The notes under the pieces are model-generated. The model saw only the letters and a list, made by a program, of their open reading frames with translations, had not been told where the DNA came from and ran no database searches. Position numbers and translations under genes: made by a program. A stretch of 56,955 bases of DNA, counting the filler, from Platydemus manokwari (Eukaryota), in the NCBI GenBank assembly GCA_037951405.1. It is 5 parts of 5 records of this genome, joined end to end, with 100 filler letters (N's around TTAATTAATTAA, not from the genome) between each part and the next. Parts side by side here need not be neighbours in the genome. Positions count along the whole stretch, not along the records: positions 20,010 to 30,141 come from JBBMOY011165546.1; positions 30,242 to 47,373 come from JBBMOY011119218.1; 3 more parts are not named here. One strand, 5' to 3'. This document shows positions 25,967 through 39,400 of this stretch, piece after piece. How positions within the stretch are numbered: the stretch's first letter is position 1; every line of letters starts with the position of its first letter.

Positions 25967-27176
25967 CTGAAAATGAGAACTGTGTGAAAATATAATATAT
26001 TATTATCATAAAAGATTATTGCTATAAATATATAAATATGGAATTATATTAGGAAACTGTTGCTCAATGCCTCGTTCTATATGATAGTTGTGCTTTCTAA
26101 TCATTTATCAGTTAATAATATTATTTATAACTATTGACAGTAAAATATGTAGCGGGAACAATAAAGCCATTAATAGACGAAAACCAATCCACAACCAATC
26201 GACCAATCCAAAGCCATCCAAACATAAATCAACAGAATAACCAGTCACGTGATTGGTTGTTTTAAAAATATAAACTTATATTTACCATGAATTACTGACG
26301 ATAATATTATTTATAATTAATGACAATAAAATATGTTACGGGAACAACAACAATATATCCCACGAAATCGCCATGAGTAGACGAAGAAAATATAATCTAT
26401 TATTAAATGTATAAACTAATTGATTGTTTTTGGAAACTGCGGACTTATCATTAAAATTATATCACAGCTTACACTACACACACACATATATATATATATA
26501 TAATGATGTTTATTAAAACTATGATTTCGATATCAATCGATAAATCAATCAGTCATAGAGAGACATAATCTAGATATTATGTGTTATTTTGTGATTTCGA
26601 TCACTTATTAATGATTTTTGTGATAATTCAGCTTTGAAATAATTCAATGAATATTTGTGGAGCAATTATTATGAAATGCGAAACATCTATAGTATCTATC
26701 AATATATGTGTTGTCAATTGATTGTATAACTATGGCAACCTAATATTCATATATTAAGATTAAAAGTTCATATTTAAACTTTCAATTAAATTCTCTTCTA
26801 ACATTATAATAATAATAATATAAACGCCATAATTCAATCACTAATTATTTGATGATCACAACATATATTAATATTGTTGTTGTCAAGGCAACACTTGATT
26901 TATTCTTCGTGTTAAATCAACAATTATTGATTGTTTACAATTTATTATTTACAGTTATTTACAAAAAAGCTTAAATTATTTAATCGCGCATGCATATAAT
27001 TCAGAGAGAGAGATATTGAAAAATTACAAATAAAACAACAAACATATTTAATTAATTACCTGGAAATTTAAAATATATTTATGCATTGCAGGTGCTATTT
27101 AATAATAGTTTCAAAATTAAATCAATATTTATTAATTACTTGAGATTAATATCAATATTTGTGGATCAAACTTATG

Positions 27177-27401
27177 ATCTATACCAATACTAGTAATCGA
27201 TAGCAATACTAGTTATCGATATCTATACTTCTGATCGATATCAATACTAGTTATCGATATCTATACTTCTGATCGATATCAATACTGGTCATCGAAATCA
27301 TTATTAGTCATCGACATTAATACCAGTGATCGACATCGATACTAGTTATCCATATCTATACTAGTGATCGAAATCAATACCAGTCATCGATTTCAATACT
27401 A
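27177..27401. repeat. 19-bp tandem repeat (ATCGATATCAATACTAGTT)n, ~12 degenerate units
   Basis: Directly visible. Confidence 0.85.
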
Positions 27402-27699
27402 ACGACAGATAACAATTTTTAAAAATTATGCTAATTCAAACAAATCAATCTTAGTTAAGAATGTAAAATTAATGATTTTTCTACAATATTAATTCATTCA
27501 GTACAAGTACACGGAAACAGTGGGTCACGTGTTATTATAATAATACCGGTTTAATTATAATCAAACTGATAACTCACAGTAGAACAAATAAATGAGAAAA
27601 ACAAACATATTGACGAATAATGAGGAATATCAATGATGCACTGCAGACATGTTGGCACCATGTATAAATATGTATTAGAAATCATTTATTTGTTAGAAT

Positions 27700-28071
27700 G
27701 GAATACTGATATCGATCCAATGAGATGTGATAATGAATGACAGTGAAATACTGATATCGATCCAATGAGATGTGATAATCAATGACAGTGAAATACTGAT
27801 ATCGATCCAATGAGATGTGATAATGAATGACAGTGAAATACTGATAATTGATCCAATGAGATGTGATAATGAATGACAGTGAAATACTGATATCGATCCA
27901 ATGAGATGTGATTATCAATGATAGTGAAATACTTATATCGATCCAATGATATGTGATAATCAATGACAGTGAAATACTGATATCGATCCAATGATATGTG
28001 ATAATCAATAACAGTGAAATACTGATATCGATCCAATGAGATGTGATAATCAATGACAGTGAAATACTGAT
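27700..28071. repeat. 45-bp minisatellite, ~8 units, with a further diverged unit at ~29858-29905
   Basis: Unit ATACTGATATCGATCCAATGAGATGTGATAAT(C/G)AATGACAGTGAA. Confidence 0.95.
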
Positions 28072-28164
28072 GTCGGTGCCATATTTCTTAAATTCCATAT
28101 CAAAAAATCTATATATTTAACCAACATTCCCCTTAATAGAATCAATCTCACACTCGAAAATGAA

Positions 28165-29330
28165 TGTTTTCCCATAGACGAAAGTAAAAACCTTTATACA
28201 TATCTCGGAGTACCTTTTGGACTTCCAAAACGTACCTCTATGACCGACATTCTTCAGAATATCGTGGCCGACTTTGGGAAAATTGCCAAATTCCGTTTCT
28301 ATCCATCCCAAAAATTCCAGGCATTTAATACTTTTATTCATTTTCGTCTTTCATTCCACGTCCGGATCCAACAACTAGAAACCATTCAATTACATTCCCG
28401 CACTTTGATTCATCACGATGGAAACTCCAATATTCAAGTATTTGACGAAAGAATTCGTTTCATTTCCCAAATACTCGAATATCCTGTTCTTTTATTCTCT
28501 CCGAAAACTTGGCTGACTTGGACTCACACCTGCTTTACTTGAATATTGTATCCAAAGCATTGTTCGTTCACTTCGACTCCTTACAAGTTTTGACCTTACG
28601 CTCCGGGACTTCATAATCTCACATTTGTTATACATTGTTATGGAACCCCTTAATTCATCCTACACAATTGACTTACACACCACACTCTCTTGGACATTTA
28701 TTCTCCCAAAACCCATCCTTTGCTTGGTGGACCAAAGACAGCTTCTGAAACTCCACAAACACAACATTGACATACAATTTCTCCAAAAAGATTCTCTAAC
28801 CCACATTAAAATGATTGTAAATAATGACCTAACATACTTCTTTTCAATTGACAATAAGAATAAACCCTCTGATATTCGACATGACGCTGTCCAAATTACA
28901 TAAAAAAACAAGGTCGACTAGTCCACTGCTTCTCCACCCCTCGTTCACAAACACCTTTTAATAGTTGTCAGCTAGCTCCTGAAATCTGGATTTTCACTCA
29001 CTGGGTCCATAACAATTTACTTCTATTCAATTTACTCCCTATACTTCATTAAGCTCAACATATCCCTCCTTTACCACAGATGTAACACTCAGCCCGAAAC
29101 TACTACTACTACTACTGCCCAACTATTTAATGAAAAAATCTGCAAAAGACATGCTCTCATTTTTAATTTTACCCAGCACCATACATTAAACTGTGAAAAA
29201 TACAAATCTTCCACGTCACAGATCGCAACTATCACAAAACACAAAACAACATTAATTGTTCTTAATATAGGAGTTTTATGATTATGGGACCCGCATAATG
29301 ATAAAATACTTGAGCTATCGGCGGTAAGAC
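28165..29330 (+). mobile_element. 5'-truncated, decayed non-LTR retrotransposon (RLE-type, NeSL/Utopia-like)
   Basis: YTYLGVPFG (RT domain 7), IAKFRFYPSQKFQAFNTFIHFRLSF (thumb), KKQGRLVHCF and LAPEIWIFTHWVHNNLL (cf. W.F.H.AR.N motif of R2/NeSL-type elements). Frameshifts and stops present. Confidence 0.8.
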
Positions 29331-30051
29331 AATAAGCACATCAATGTTCTATCTTCAATCATTATCACCACACTTTTAAGTGATGCCCACCCTACATATA
29401 ATGCTCACATGAGTCCAAATAGACCTAAATTAACTCACCCCTTTACACCAAATATGCTATTTATCATTTAAAATTATTTTTTTCTTCTATTAAATTTCAC
29501 CACATATTCCGCGTTGAATATTTTTCCCGATTAATCTACTCATGTCAACAGGAACAGCACCTCACATTGCCATAAAGCCTCCTTTGTTCAATCAATCTTC
29601 GCCAAATTGTCTCCATAAATATCACAATGCCTTCAGTATCGAAAAAATCTATTTTTCCTGCCAAATGGCAACAACACAACATTCTCTGGGAAGCTTGAAA
29701 CTTTTGCTGCTCCAGACGACAATGGGCCAAAACATTGGGAAGCTCAAATTAGGAAAATATAGCAATAAAAACATATATCAATGTTTTAAACCCTGTATGA
29801 TGGATATTCCCATCACGTCGTGAAAGTTTTATTTATGTTTAATAATAAATAGTTTCTTTTGATAATGACTGACAGTGAGATACTGATATCGATTCAATGG
29901 GACGTGATTCGAGTTGATTGTGATAATATATATCTTATCAATCGTTATATATTATCATTATATATTATCAATCGTTATATATTATCATTATATATATTAT
30001 CATTATATATATTATCAATCATTATATATTATCATTATATATATTATCAAT

Positions 30052-30141
30052 CATTATATTAGGCTGTAAATAAAGTTCGCGGACAAAATTGTAAATAAAA
30101 ATTTGCCATCACGTTTTGCCATCGATTTATTCAATGGATTA
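30052..30141 (+). mobile_element. End of a mariner-like element running into the gap
   Basis: TA-TTAGGCTGTAAATAAAGTTCGCGGAC..., inverted copy of 20010-20090. Confidence 0.65.
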
Positions 30142-30241
30142 NNNNNNNNNNNNNNNNNNNNNNNNNNNNNNNNNNNNNNNNNNNNTTAATTAATTAANNN
30201 NNNNNNNNNNNNNNNNNNNNNNNNNNNNNNNNNNNNNNNNN
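30142..30241. other. Artificial contig linker
   Basis: 44N-TTAATTAATTAA-44N. Confidence 0.97.
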
Positions 30242-30528
30242 ATAAGACGAATATCGAAAATTTTAAATAAAACTCATTATCTTGCTTAGTTAAACAACGG
30301 AATGTTGATTGACATTTTTCAAAAACTATTTTTTCATTCTACTTAATTCAGGCTTAATGCTTTGATATTATTATTTTAAATCTTTAAATATAGCAATTGA
30401 ATTTAGAATAATTTTCTAACACCTTACTATCGAACATGGTGAATTTATGTTATTACACTAATATTTTATTACTGCTAATATGTATCCAAATAAAAGGGTT
30501 TGAAAAAAGCATAAAACAATGTGGTGGA

Positions 30529-30689
30529 TGTGAGAATTTTTAAATGGACTATATTTTCAATGTTTTCATTCAATTTTTATATAAAATTATATTAATTTGC
30601 CTTTATAATTGTATTTAAATATATAATTTGGTGTTGTGTGTTTTCAGTTTGCGTTCAATTCGTGATTTATAAAACAGTAGCGGCTTACA
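30529..30689 (+). mobile_element. Solo LTR of the TRIM family
   Basis: TGTGAG...GGCTTACA with a perfect 5-bp TSD GTGGA. Confidence 0.9.
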
Positions 30690-31115
30690 GTGGATATATA
30701 TTCAAATGTGAATCTCATAATTTGGAAAAATAAAAGGAAAATATCCTTTGTCAAAACTATACTAATATATTCAAAGAACAAAAGGAAATAAAATATAATT
30801 TTAAAATATTCCGACAGCGTAATGTTTGATTGGTTTTATTGTCCGAATATAGATTCCCTTTTATTATAAATTATTGTGTGGGGCTATTTTAAAGATTGTC
30901 CTTGAAAATTGTAAAGATTCAGAAATTCTAATGAACGAATCTTTGATAATATAATCTTAAAATTTTTATCGGATTCCACGACAGTCACTTTATTCATATT
31001 CGTTATCATTTATAGTTCTATAACGAAAATTTGTTTTCAATATATATAATCTTAAATATGTATAATCATGCTAGTGACTTGAAATTAGAGAAAATGTTTC
31101 ATTTGCAATTTTCAT

Positions 31116-31278
31116 TGTGAGATATTTTAAATGAATTAAATTTTTAATTCAATTTTAATTCTAATTTATATAAAATTAAATTTATTTGTTTAAATATTCG
31201 TATTTAAAGAGATTTTTAATGTCTTGACTTTTCAGTTTGTTTTTAATGTGTGGTTATTAAAATAGTAGCGGCTAATCT
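31116..31278 (+). mobile_element. Solo LTR of the TRIM family
   Basis: TGTGAG...GGCTAATCT with flanks TTCAT/CTCAT. Closely similar to 52445-52608. Confidence 0.8.
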
Positions 31279-32660
31279 CTCATGATACAATTCGTACTGC
31301 TATTAACGTTTTGATCTCATTGACTAAATTTGGAAAACTAAAATAATAATTAGAAGTTTGTAATAAATTGATTTTTCGTCTTAAACATTCTCCATATACC
31401 ATGTGTGCATTCTTCTAAACAATTATTCATAACATTTCTATGGACTACAAGAATCATTGGTTTTCCATATTCGTGAAATTATTTTTTTATCACCGTTATT
31501 GATTATTCAAATTTTAAGAAATCGTTTAGCCTCGAAAATTAGTGTTTTCTTCTGATCTGATTAAGAACATAAATTATTATTAAACAAACATTGGAGCTTG
31601 TCATGCAGATTCAAAACAATTTTATAGACGAATTTCCGATATTGTCAAATAAATTACATTCATAATTTCGAATCCTATACATATATCAACGATTAGAAGT
31701 TTAATTGAATAAATTCGCTTATCAATTTTTTTCAAGCTTATAATTAATAACGATAATTGTAGATTATAGAAAAAGGGAAATACGTGTTTTCCCATGTTCA
31801 TTGTCAACAAAACGGAGAAATGAAAAAAGGAAGAAAGGTATTTAATTAAAGCTTTTTTTGTGCGTTGGTTTTGATGAATTTTATTGCTCATCAATTATTG
31901 AATTTCAAAACGATATCTAAGAAATTATATAATTAACGCTCTTTAATAAAATTAGCTTTATTCTAAATTGGCGCATTTGATTGTCGAAGTTAGTTAGCAA
32001 ATTTTTATATTTTTAAACAAATTATCAATTCGAATTAATTAATTAGAAATTTAAAAATATTTGATGTTTCTGATTGCATTTATTTTCTTAAATCGTTTTA
32101 TAATTTCTTAATTCAATGTTTATATTTAATTTGTTATGAAATATTAATTTTGTGCTTACTTATCCATTTTCAACAATAACATGAAAAAAAATTTTAAAAT
32201 GTGTTTGTTGTTTTGCAAAGTATGCAATTTTAATAATTGTGATACCTTAAAAAAGAAATCTATTTCATCAGTGATTAATTAATTTGTTGATAACTGGGAA
32301 TCAATTATTTCAATGATATTTTCCAAAAATCTGGTACAAACAATATCTGGATATTTTTAATTTTGTTTTTGTATTGATATCTTTTATAAATAATTCAATT
32401 TGGTGTTTTTATTTCAATATGTTATTTTAGTAAAATAGTTTAATTGTTTTGACTATGATACTTGTTCTAATTTTCTCGTTTAAATACAATTTAGCGTGCA
32501 ATCAATATGGTTTAAACTTTAGAGTGCAGCAAGATTTATTTGTTATTCATTTAAAAGTATTGAATCGAGTAATTAAAGTCAATACCAAATAAACCGCTAT
32601 TTAAGCCAAATGTAAATTTATTAGAAAATAAAGATTGTTTCGAAAAAACGAAATACAAAA

Positions 32661-34400
32661 TTGTGCATAAATGTGATAAGTTCGACTGTATTTAGCATTG
32701 CTAAAGAGCAAAAATTAAATTTCTTGGTGAGCAGTAGTGAATACATGTTCCATCACCCCTTGTATGGGATAGTGTTCTTTCTACGTACATGGTATTTGGA
32801 CTCAACTTCAGTCTCGATATTATTGAAATCAATCATTGTAAGCTAATCATCGCGGTAAAACTTAACTTCCTATCTCAGAGTCGATGTTCCCTAAGCTAAA
32901 AATGTTTTATATACATGATATGAATTTTATAATAATAAAGTCAAGTAGTGAAATGAATAACTACTGTGAACACCATAAAATTAGCGAAACATGTCAGACT
33001 TTTGCGATTGATCAAAGTGAAACAGTAATGCAATTTGAGTTTATTTGTCAGTTTCAATTCCCATCATCAATCTTATTAGGGATATTTATACCCTGGGATC
33101 ATTTTACACTACCAGATAGTTTTTGGATGATAAGGAGCAAAAAGATTATACGTCAATCGTTTTTGAGCATTGTCAAAATTCGGAGTGATGTGGGAAATAC
33201 AATGATCGATTACGGTAATAAGATAAAAAAATTCTAAAATATGTCATTTCTATCTATAATTACCCAAAATTCTCTATACCAAATAGTCCTTTAAAGCTGG
33301 AATGATTTTAAAACCTCCAAGTTTGCGAGGTTGATACTGCGGTTATACTGCATCCCACGGGTTAATACCTATAAGAAGTGCTAAGAGTCAACGTATGCCT
33401 TAATGATTCTTACAATGAATGGGTGGTTGAAAGTGAAGGAAAGCATTATTTATTTATATTTTCTGAGATGTTGGAGGGAAAATTAGTTAGAGTTTGTGCT
33501 TACTAAAGGCACTCCTATGTATTTACACAAGTTACATTCATCAATATAAAGAGTAAGCTGGTCAGGAATTGTCAAATTTATCATGTGAGAGACATTATCA
33601 AAACGAAAAAACTCATTTGTATATATATATATATATAATTTCAGATAAATGTAGTTCGCATGATGCACGCTGTGATTGACCCATATGTTCTAAATTCTCA
33701 CCTAAACTGCCAATAATAAATAATTACTAAAATACTTAAATTTTTCATACGAGATTCATTTATAAATAATTACTTTTCATCAGAATTTATCTCTTTCTTT
33801 CGTAGTTACTTTATTTTTTACATGTTTTATCTTAAATGAATTCTAGTTTATAATGTTTGGAAAATATATTTATTATTATCGCTGCGTAATCCGTAAAGTT
33901 GTTTCAAAACAATTTCCAATTCAAATTACTTGTTGATTTAGTCTGATAGAATAAATTTAACTTTTTATTAGAATGTTTCACTGATTAATATATATCGCAA
34001 AAATCTGCAAGAATTTTTAATTTCGAATAATTGTATTATAATTATTTAATATATAAACTTTAGAATTGTGAAGATATATTAAATATTGAAGTATTTTTTA
34101 TAAACTGTGTTTATTAGTTATGTATAAAATTTATAATTATTTCAAGATCTGTTTGTACTATACGGAAGTCTTATATGTAAAAATTTAACTATTGAGAGAC
34201 AGCTCACAAACCAAATAATTATAATAATTTCTTTTTTACAAGTCAATACCCATACAGTTATCATATTTAGTTTATGCTTTTTATTTTTTCTATAGAAAGA
34301 CCCTGATGAACCAGAACCAGAAATTCGTTGGAAAGCTGAATGTTTTGGTCAAATTAATGATGATATTCCACCAGTATTCATTGACAGAGAGAAAATTTAA
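32661..34400 (+). pseudogene. Decayed or divergent multi-exon gene of unknown function
   Basis: Exon-like ORFs at 32661-32838 and 32884-33213, and a clean terminal exon ~34276-34400 (KDPDEPEPEIRWKAECFGQINDDIPPVFIDREKI*). Frames do not join cleanly. Confidence 0.25.
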
Positions 34401-34649
34401 TACAAGTAAGCACGAATAAAATCTTTAAGAAAAAGTAATAGTTTCCATATTAATGTATTCATTCTGGTTTTCAATTATTTCTGTCAAAAGATAAAATAAA
34501 ATTTGTTTCGTTAAAATGAAAGCTTAAGTAAAGAAAAAGGGTCCTCTGACCTTCTTTCGTAATAATGAATTTTCGCGCATGAGATAATTTTATATATAAT
34601 TGCGATATTTGATTTATTCGTATAATTCAGTTAATATCTCATTTTTAGG

Positions 34650-35010
34650 ATGTCTAATAGGGTCAAAACAAAGTTTAAAAACCAAGTTCCTATTCTGAAA
34701 TTGTAAAAATTGAGAGTATCTCTTAATTTGTTTCTAATTTTTTTAAAAAAGTATTCCTAACTAGTTTTCAATAAATTGTAATTCGATCTACTTGGATGCC
34801 TTTTTCAAACAGTCAAATTTTAGGAAATTTCTAAGCTCTGGTTTATTTAATATTTTATGTCAAACAACTAAACTTCTTCTTAAGTACTTACATAAAAATT
34901 TTTAAAAAATGTTAAAGAATTTAATTAAATAAACTATATACATTTTGCGATGCACACAGCAAATTAAAATTTTTATTTTAGAACTCCTTTTCTTAAATTT
35001 AGCCCTATTT
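34650..35010 (+). repeat. AT-rich dispersed repeat, homologous to 41495-41880
   Basis: Collinear blocks such as TCCTAACTA.TTTTCAATAAATTG.AATTCGA, TCAAATTTTAGGA, CTTCTTAAGTACTTA and TTTAGCCC. Confidence 0.85.
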
Positions 35011-35369
35011 TTAAAATGTTAAATATCATTTGGTTAAAAAGTTTGTTTGTATATGAATTTTGAATAAAAACAACTACATTGTGATATCTCAAAAGGCCTG
35101 TTATATATTGATTTATCTTAAATCGACAAAGTAACTTTAATATCAAAGGTTTACCAATTAGAATCATTTCAGAATTTATAACAATTTTAATTAAATGAAA
35201 ACCATACGACAATTAAAACCAACTCATCTCTGATTTGAAATTATTTTGATAAAAAATCAATTGTTTATTTTAAAGTTGGATAATATAATTATTGATAAAA
35301 TAAATCTTTTTATTAGAAAATGGTAATATTGAAACATTAAGATCAACTATCCACCTCTCACTGGTTTAC

Positions 35370-35760
35370 TTCGCTATTAAACCAAATGCATTAGTAAGCT
35401 GGTAATATGAAAGCAATACCCGACATGTATATTGGCTAGTTGATTTGGTGAAATTGTGAGCCAATTATTGTTTCTAGTTAGCATATTTTTACCAACATTT
35501 TCATTACTTAATCGAAAATTGATTAATTGATGTTGCTACCTACGTAAAGGAAGTTCTGGTTTCGTTTGATGGAAAACATTCGATGGAATATTTATGCTTT
35601 TTACGACAATTTGGCACAGCCATTGTCATTAAATTTAGAAAGCAAAGTCTATCATATAGAGCAAGAGTTCAATCCTTATTTCCTCAAAATCAGGCTTCAT
35701 ATTTTTGTGATAAAATTAAATATCATCAACCTAATCATCATGAAATAGCTAGCGATTATA
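35370..35760 (+). pseudogene. Possible decayed F5/8 type C (discoidin) domain fragment
   Basis: VSW*YESNTRHVYWLVDL then TYVKEVLVSFDGK resemble the W...WLQVDL...YV..Y.VS.DG motif order. In-frame stops present. Confidence 0.3.
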
Positions 35761-36415
35761 GACGGATTCATTATTTTTTAATAATCCAAAATTATCTTTT
35801 AAATAAAATATTTTTTTCGAGAAAAAATTATTTTACGTATTTTTGTAAATAAATTTTCATTGCGCAGGTTAAAAAAAGAGGCAGATAATGAATAAAAACA
35901 AAAGTAGAATTATCAGACTATTACAAAAATTAAAAAAATATTTTTTGTACAAGTCTCTGGTTTGTTTAGTTGTTTTTAATAGTGATAATGGTTTTGTCTG
36001 TCGATTAATGATATTGGTTTTTACGAAACACAAATTAAGATTTGATTTATTAAGTTCTTTCTAATGTTAACTGATTTCACTTATAGTTCACGGTATCTAA
36101 TTACATGCCCGAAAATTGATTGATATGTATTTACCAGTGAAATTTGATTGGTGTTTCTGATTATCTCAGGAATTGTTGAATCATATATTTTCTTAAATCA
36201 TATTTAATAGATTTAAAGTTAAACGGCAAATGATTAGTAAAGTCAAATCGAACTCTATTTAATTACATTTCATTATGAATTATATTGGTATATAATTAAA
36301 GATATTATATCTATTTCAGAATTCTAAAGAGAATATTAGAATAATATCAGATATCGGTATTGTTTATTGGACAGTTTGTGTTATTGTTATTGGGAATAAA
36401 AATCAGTAATAATTC

Positions 36416-39400
36416 TTAATTTATTTTGATTGGATCCAATGCAGATAAAATCACTCGTTTTGATGATGATTGATCGATTAGTGATTGCTCCATATTTGAG
36501 ATCAACTTTTCCGAATTGCTTTGATTTGCTCCTAAAATGTGCATCGGAGTTGAATTGATCTGTATGGTTTCAGCACAGAATTTCTGAATAAATAGTCGAT
36601 TGTAATTATTAATCGAAAAATCAATTAATTATAAACGAATAAATTGAAGTACAACGCACAGTAACATTGATATTGTCGATATCTGTTTTATGGAACACGG
36701 TGGATTTATCAGGATTTTTAATTATGATTCGAGAAGCTTCGATATTAGCCAATTGGTTCCGTTTAGCTAGCTTCAATTTTTCATAATTCGATGTCCTCTC
36801 GATAAACTCATGAAAATGTTGAATATTTTTCTCTTTTTGTCTGTGATTTTCTCGCAACTATCAAATAGGGTTTGTTTAATTACAGAAATTCTGACAGTCC
36901 AATTATTATGTCTAACTTGATTATAAAATTCAAATTCTTCAATTCCATTTTGTGATTTCATGGCTTCAATTAGTTCTTCTTGTATTTTATGAACTCTTAC
37001 ACCTTCTTGTTCGATGCATCGTGATATCCATTCCAAGGCCTCGATATCTGCAGAAATAGGTCGTACGTTTTCATTGGTTAATTCTCTCTGTACTTCAGTC
37101 CAAACCTCTCCCATCGTTAATAAAATCCATTTTCAGTCAACATTAAAATAATTATTGAATAAACCTTGAATTCTAAATAGCTTTCGATAATCGTCAATGT
37201 TACGTGGTCATCGATTTTCAATCCAGGATGATCTAAATAACCGAGTCTCGAAAGAAGCGAATAAATATTCGCTCTTAAACTTTCACTGACTTCCAGAATT
37301 GATCTGGTCGGCTCATCTGCCTCAAGGTTGGCAATGATAGAAGCGGATTTTTGTTCAGCACCCATCAGAGGATTGTTGATATCTGTAATAATTATTATAA
37401 TTATAATGATAATATGATAAATATCAACAACCTAAAAGAGTAGAATATTCTCCTCTTTCCACATCAATTCTGATTTCTTCTTCTCGCCAAATTCGGCACA
37501 GTAAATGAGCGATATTTGTTTGTATTTGAGTATCTTTATTAGTTATCAAATGTTGATCTTTTTCACGAAGAATAGCACCACGCCAAGTGCTTAAATGGCT
37601 TAACGCTTTTGCATTTTCACTCAAATCAACCAAGCAACCCAAAATTTGCGGATACAGTTCCGAAGGCAAAATCTGAATGCCATTATTTTCATAACGCTAC
37701 TCATTATTTTCATCAATCAAACCTCTAACATATCAAGAATCATAAAAGCACCATTGTGATCAAGAAACATATGTTCAGTGACATAACAGCCAATGATGCA
37801 ACCCCAAATGGCATCGATGACTGCAATGATTAATTTCTGCCAACCATTAGATTCAGCTGGATTCGGTTCGATCGACGATGAATCGTTTTCCATATTTTTT
37901 GACGATAATCTGAGACAATTTTGTAAAAATCCTATTGCCACCATAACACCGTCTTGACCGAACAATTCTTTTCTAAATAAGAACGAAATTCAATCCAAAC
38001 AAAATTAGTCTTTCACAAATATTTCCTATCACTGCCACAGTATTTATTAAGCTACTTATCGTGCTAAATAAAATTATCTGGTACACTATTCAATATGTAG
38101 TATTATCAAAAATAAAACGTCTCACAATCAATCAAAAATGCCTTCACCATTTACTAATTGACAATCGCTACTACAAATAATCTGGCGTACTTTGAGAGAA
38201 ACTCTACGAATCTATTCAATATATTATTCACTGAAATCACGCTATTTTTATTGAGAGCATATTGAAAGTGATTTAAATATAAAGTGTTTTTTTTTACCAA
38301 CCGATGAGGATCTTTCTCACACAATGCAGCCAGTATGAAGAGCATATCGCATTGAATTTCTAAGTCGATACCAGTATTGGAATCATGACTTTTGATGACG
38401 TTATTCAAAATCTCAATGAACAGACTGATACAGCCTTCATCAACAAATTCCTAAATTTAACGGATTTATCATGATTTCAATTTTTTGATGATTTTTCACT
38501 TGATTAACGATCTCATCGTTTGCTCGAACAATTCTGAGAATCAGTCTCATACAATGACGCATTTGAGCTAATTTATTTCCACGGCCACCAGCTCCATGGA
38601 AACTATTGCCATTACCGAAAAATGCCACTGAGAAAAAGTAACAAATTTAATTTAATAATTTCTTAATTTTTTCTTTGAATATTTACTATCATCATTGATA
38701 CACCATTCGACTAGCATTAACAGCCTGTTGACGCCACATAGATCTTGGAATTTATGGATCATTTTTGGAACTATAGCCGTCAATGCTGATAATGCATATA
38801 ATTGAAGTTCTTCTTGATATGCGGGTTTCCATAAACTTGATGTAGTTTGATTATGTTTTGACAACTTCGATTCAACAGAATTTCTGGTTCCACCATTGAG
38901 ATTATATTGTGGATGAATATTGGTGAAAAGTGCCAACATAAATTGACCTTCTTCCATAATCTAAACAATTGTCAATATCTAACATTAATATACAAATATA
39001 ATAAAACATGAAATAAAATAGAATGGTGATAAATCCTAAAATATGACGACGTTTATCTATCTGACTTATCCGTTGAAATATAAAGAAGCTGTTCAAAAAT
39101 TGTTGAGTAAACATGAAATCTCACAAAAGAAAAACGATTTTCCCAATTGGAACCCTTATGTTGGCACTCTAATCAATCGGAGGATATTAAAACGGAAGAT
39201 TCTACTTCGAAAAATATAACTAGACAATAACACACACATACCAATCCCGATCACACAAAATCAATAAATTCAACTGAAACTTGAGAAATAAAAGATCAAA
39301 TCAAAACATGACACATAAATTACACTCAAATTTCAAATAAAAACACTGATGTAGAGATGGCCAACTGCCATTTTTAAGACGAATATTATAACGTTGTTGA

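Noticed and set aside
27682-28098. Repetitive 138-aa ORF, or a CRISPR-like array
   Set aside because: A pure 45-bp tandem repeat with no unique spacers and no cas genes, in a eukaryotic context.
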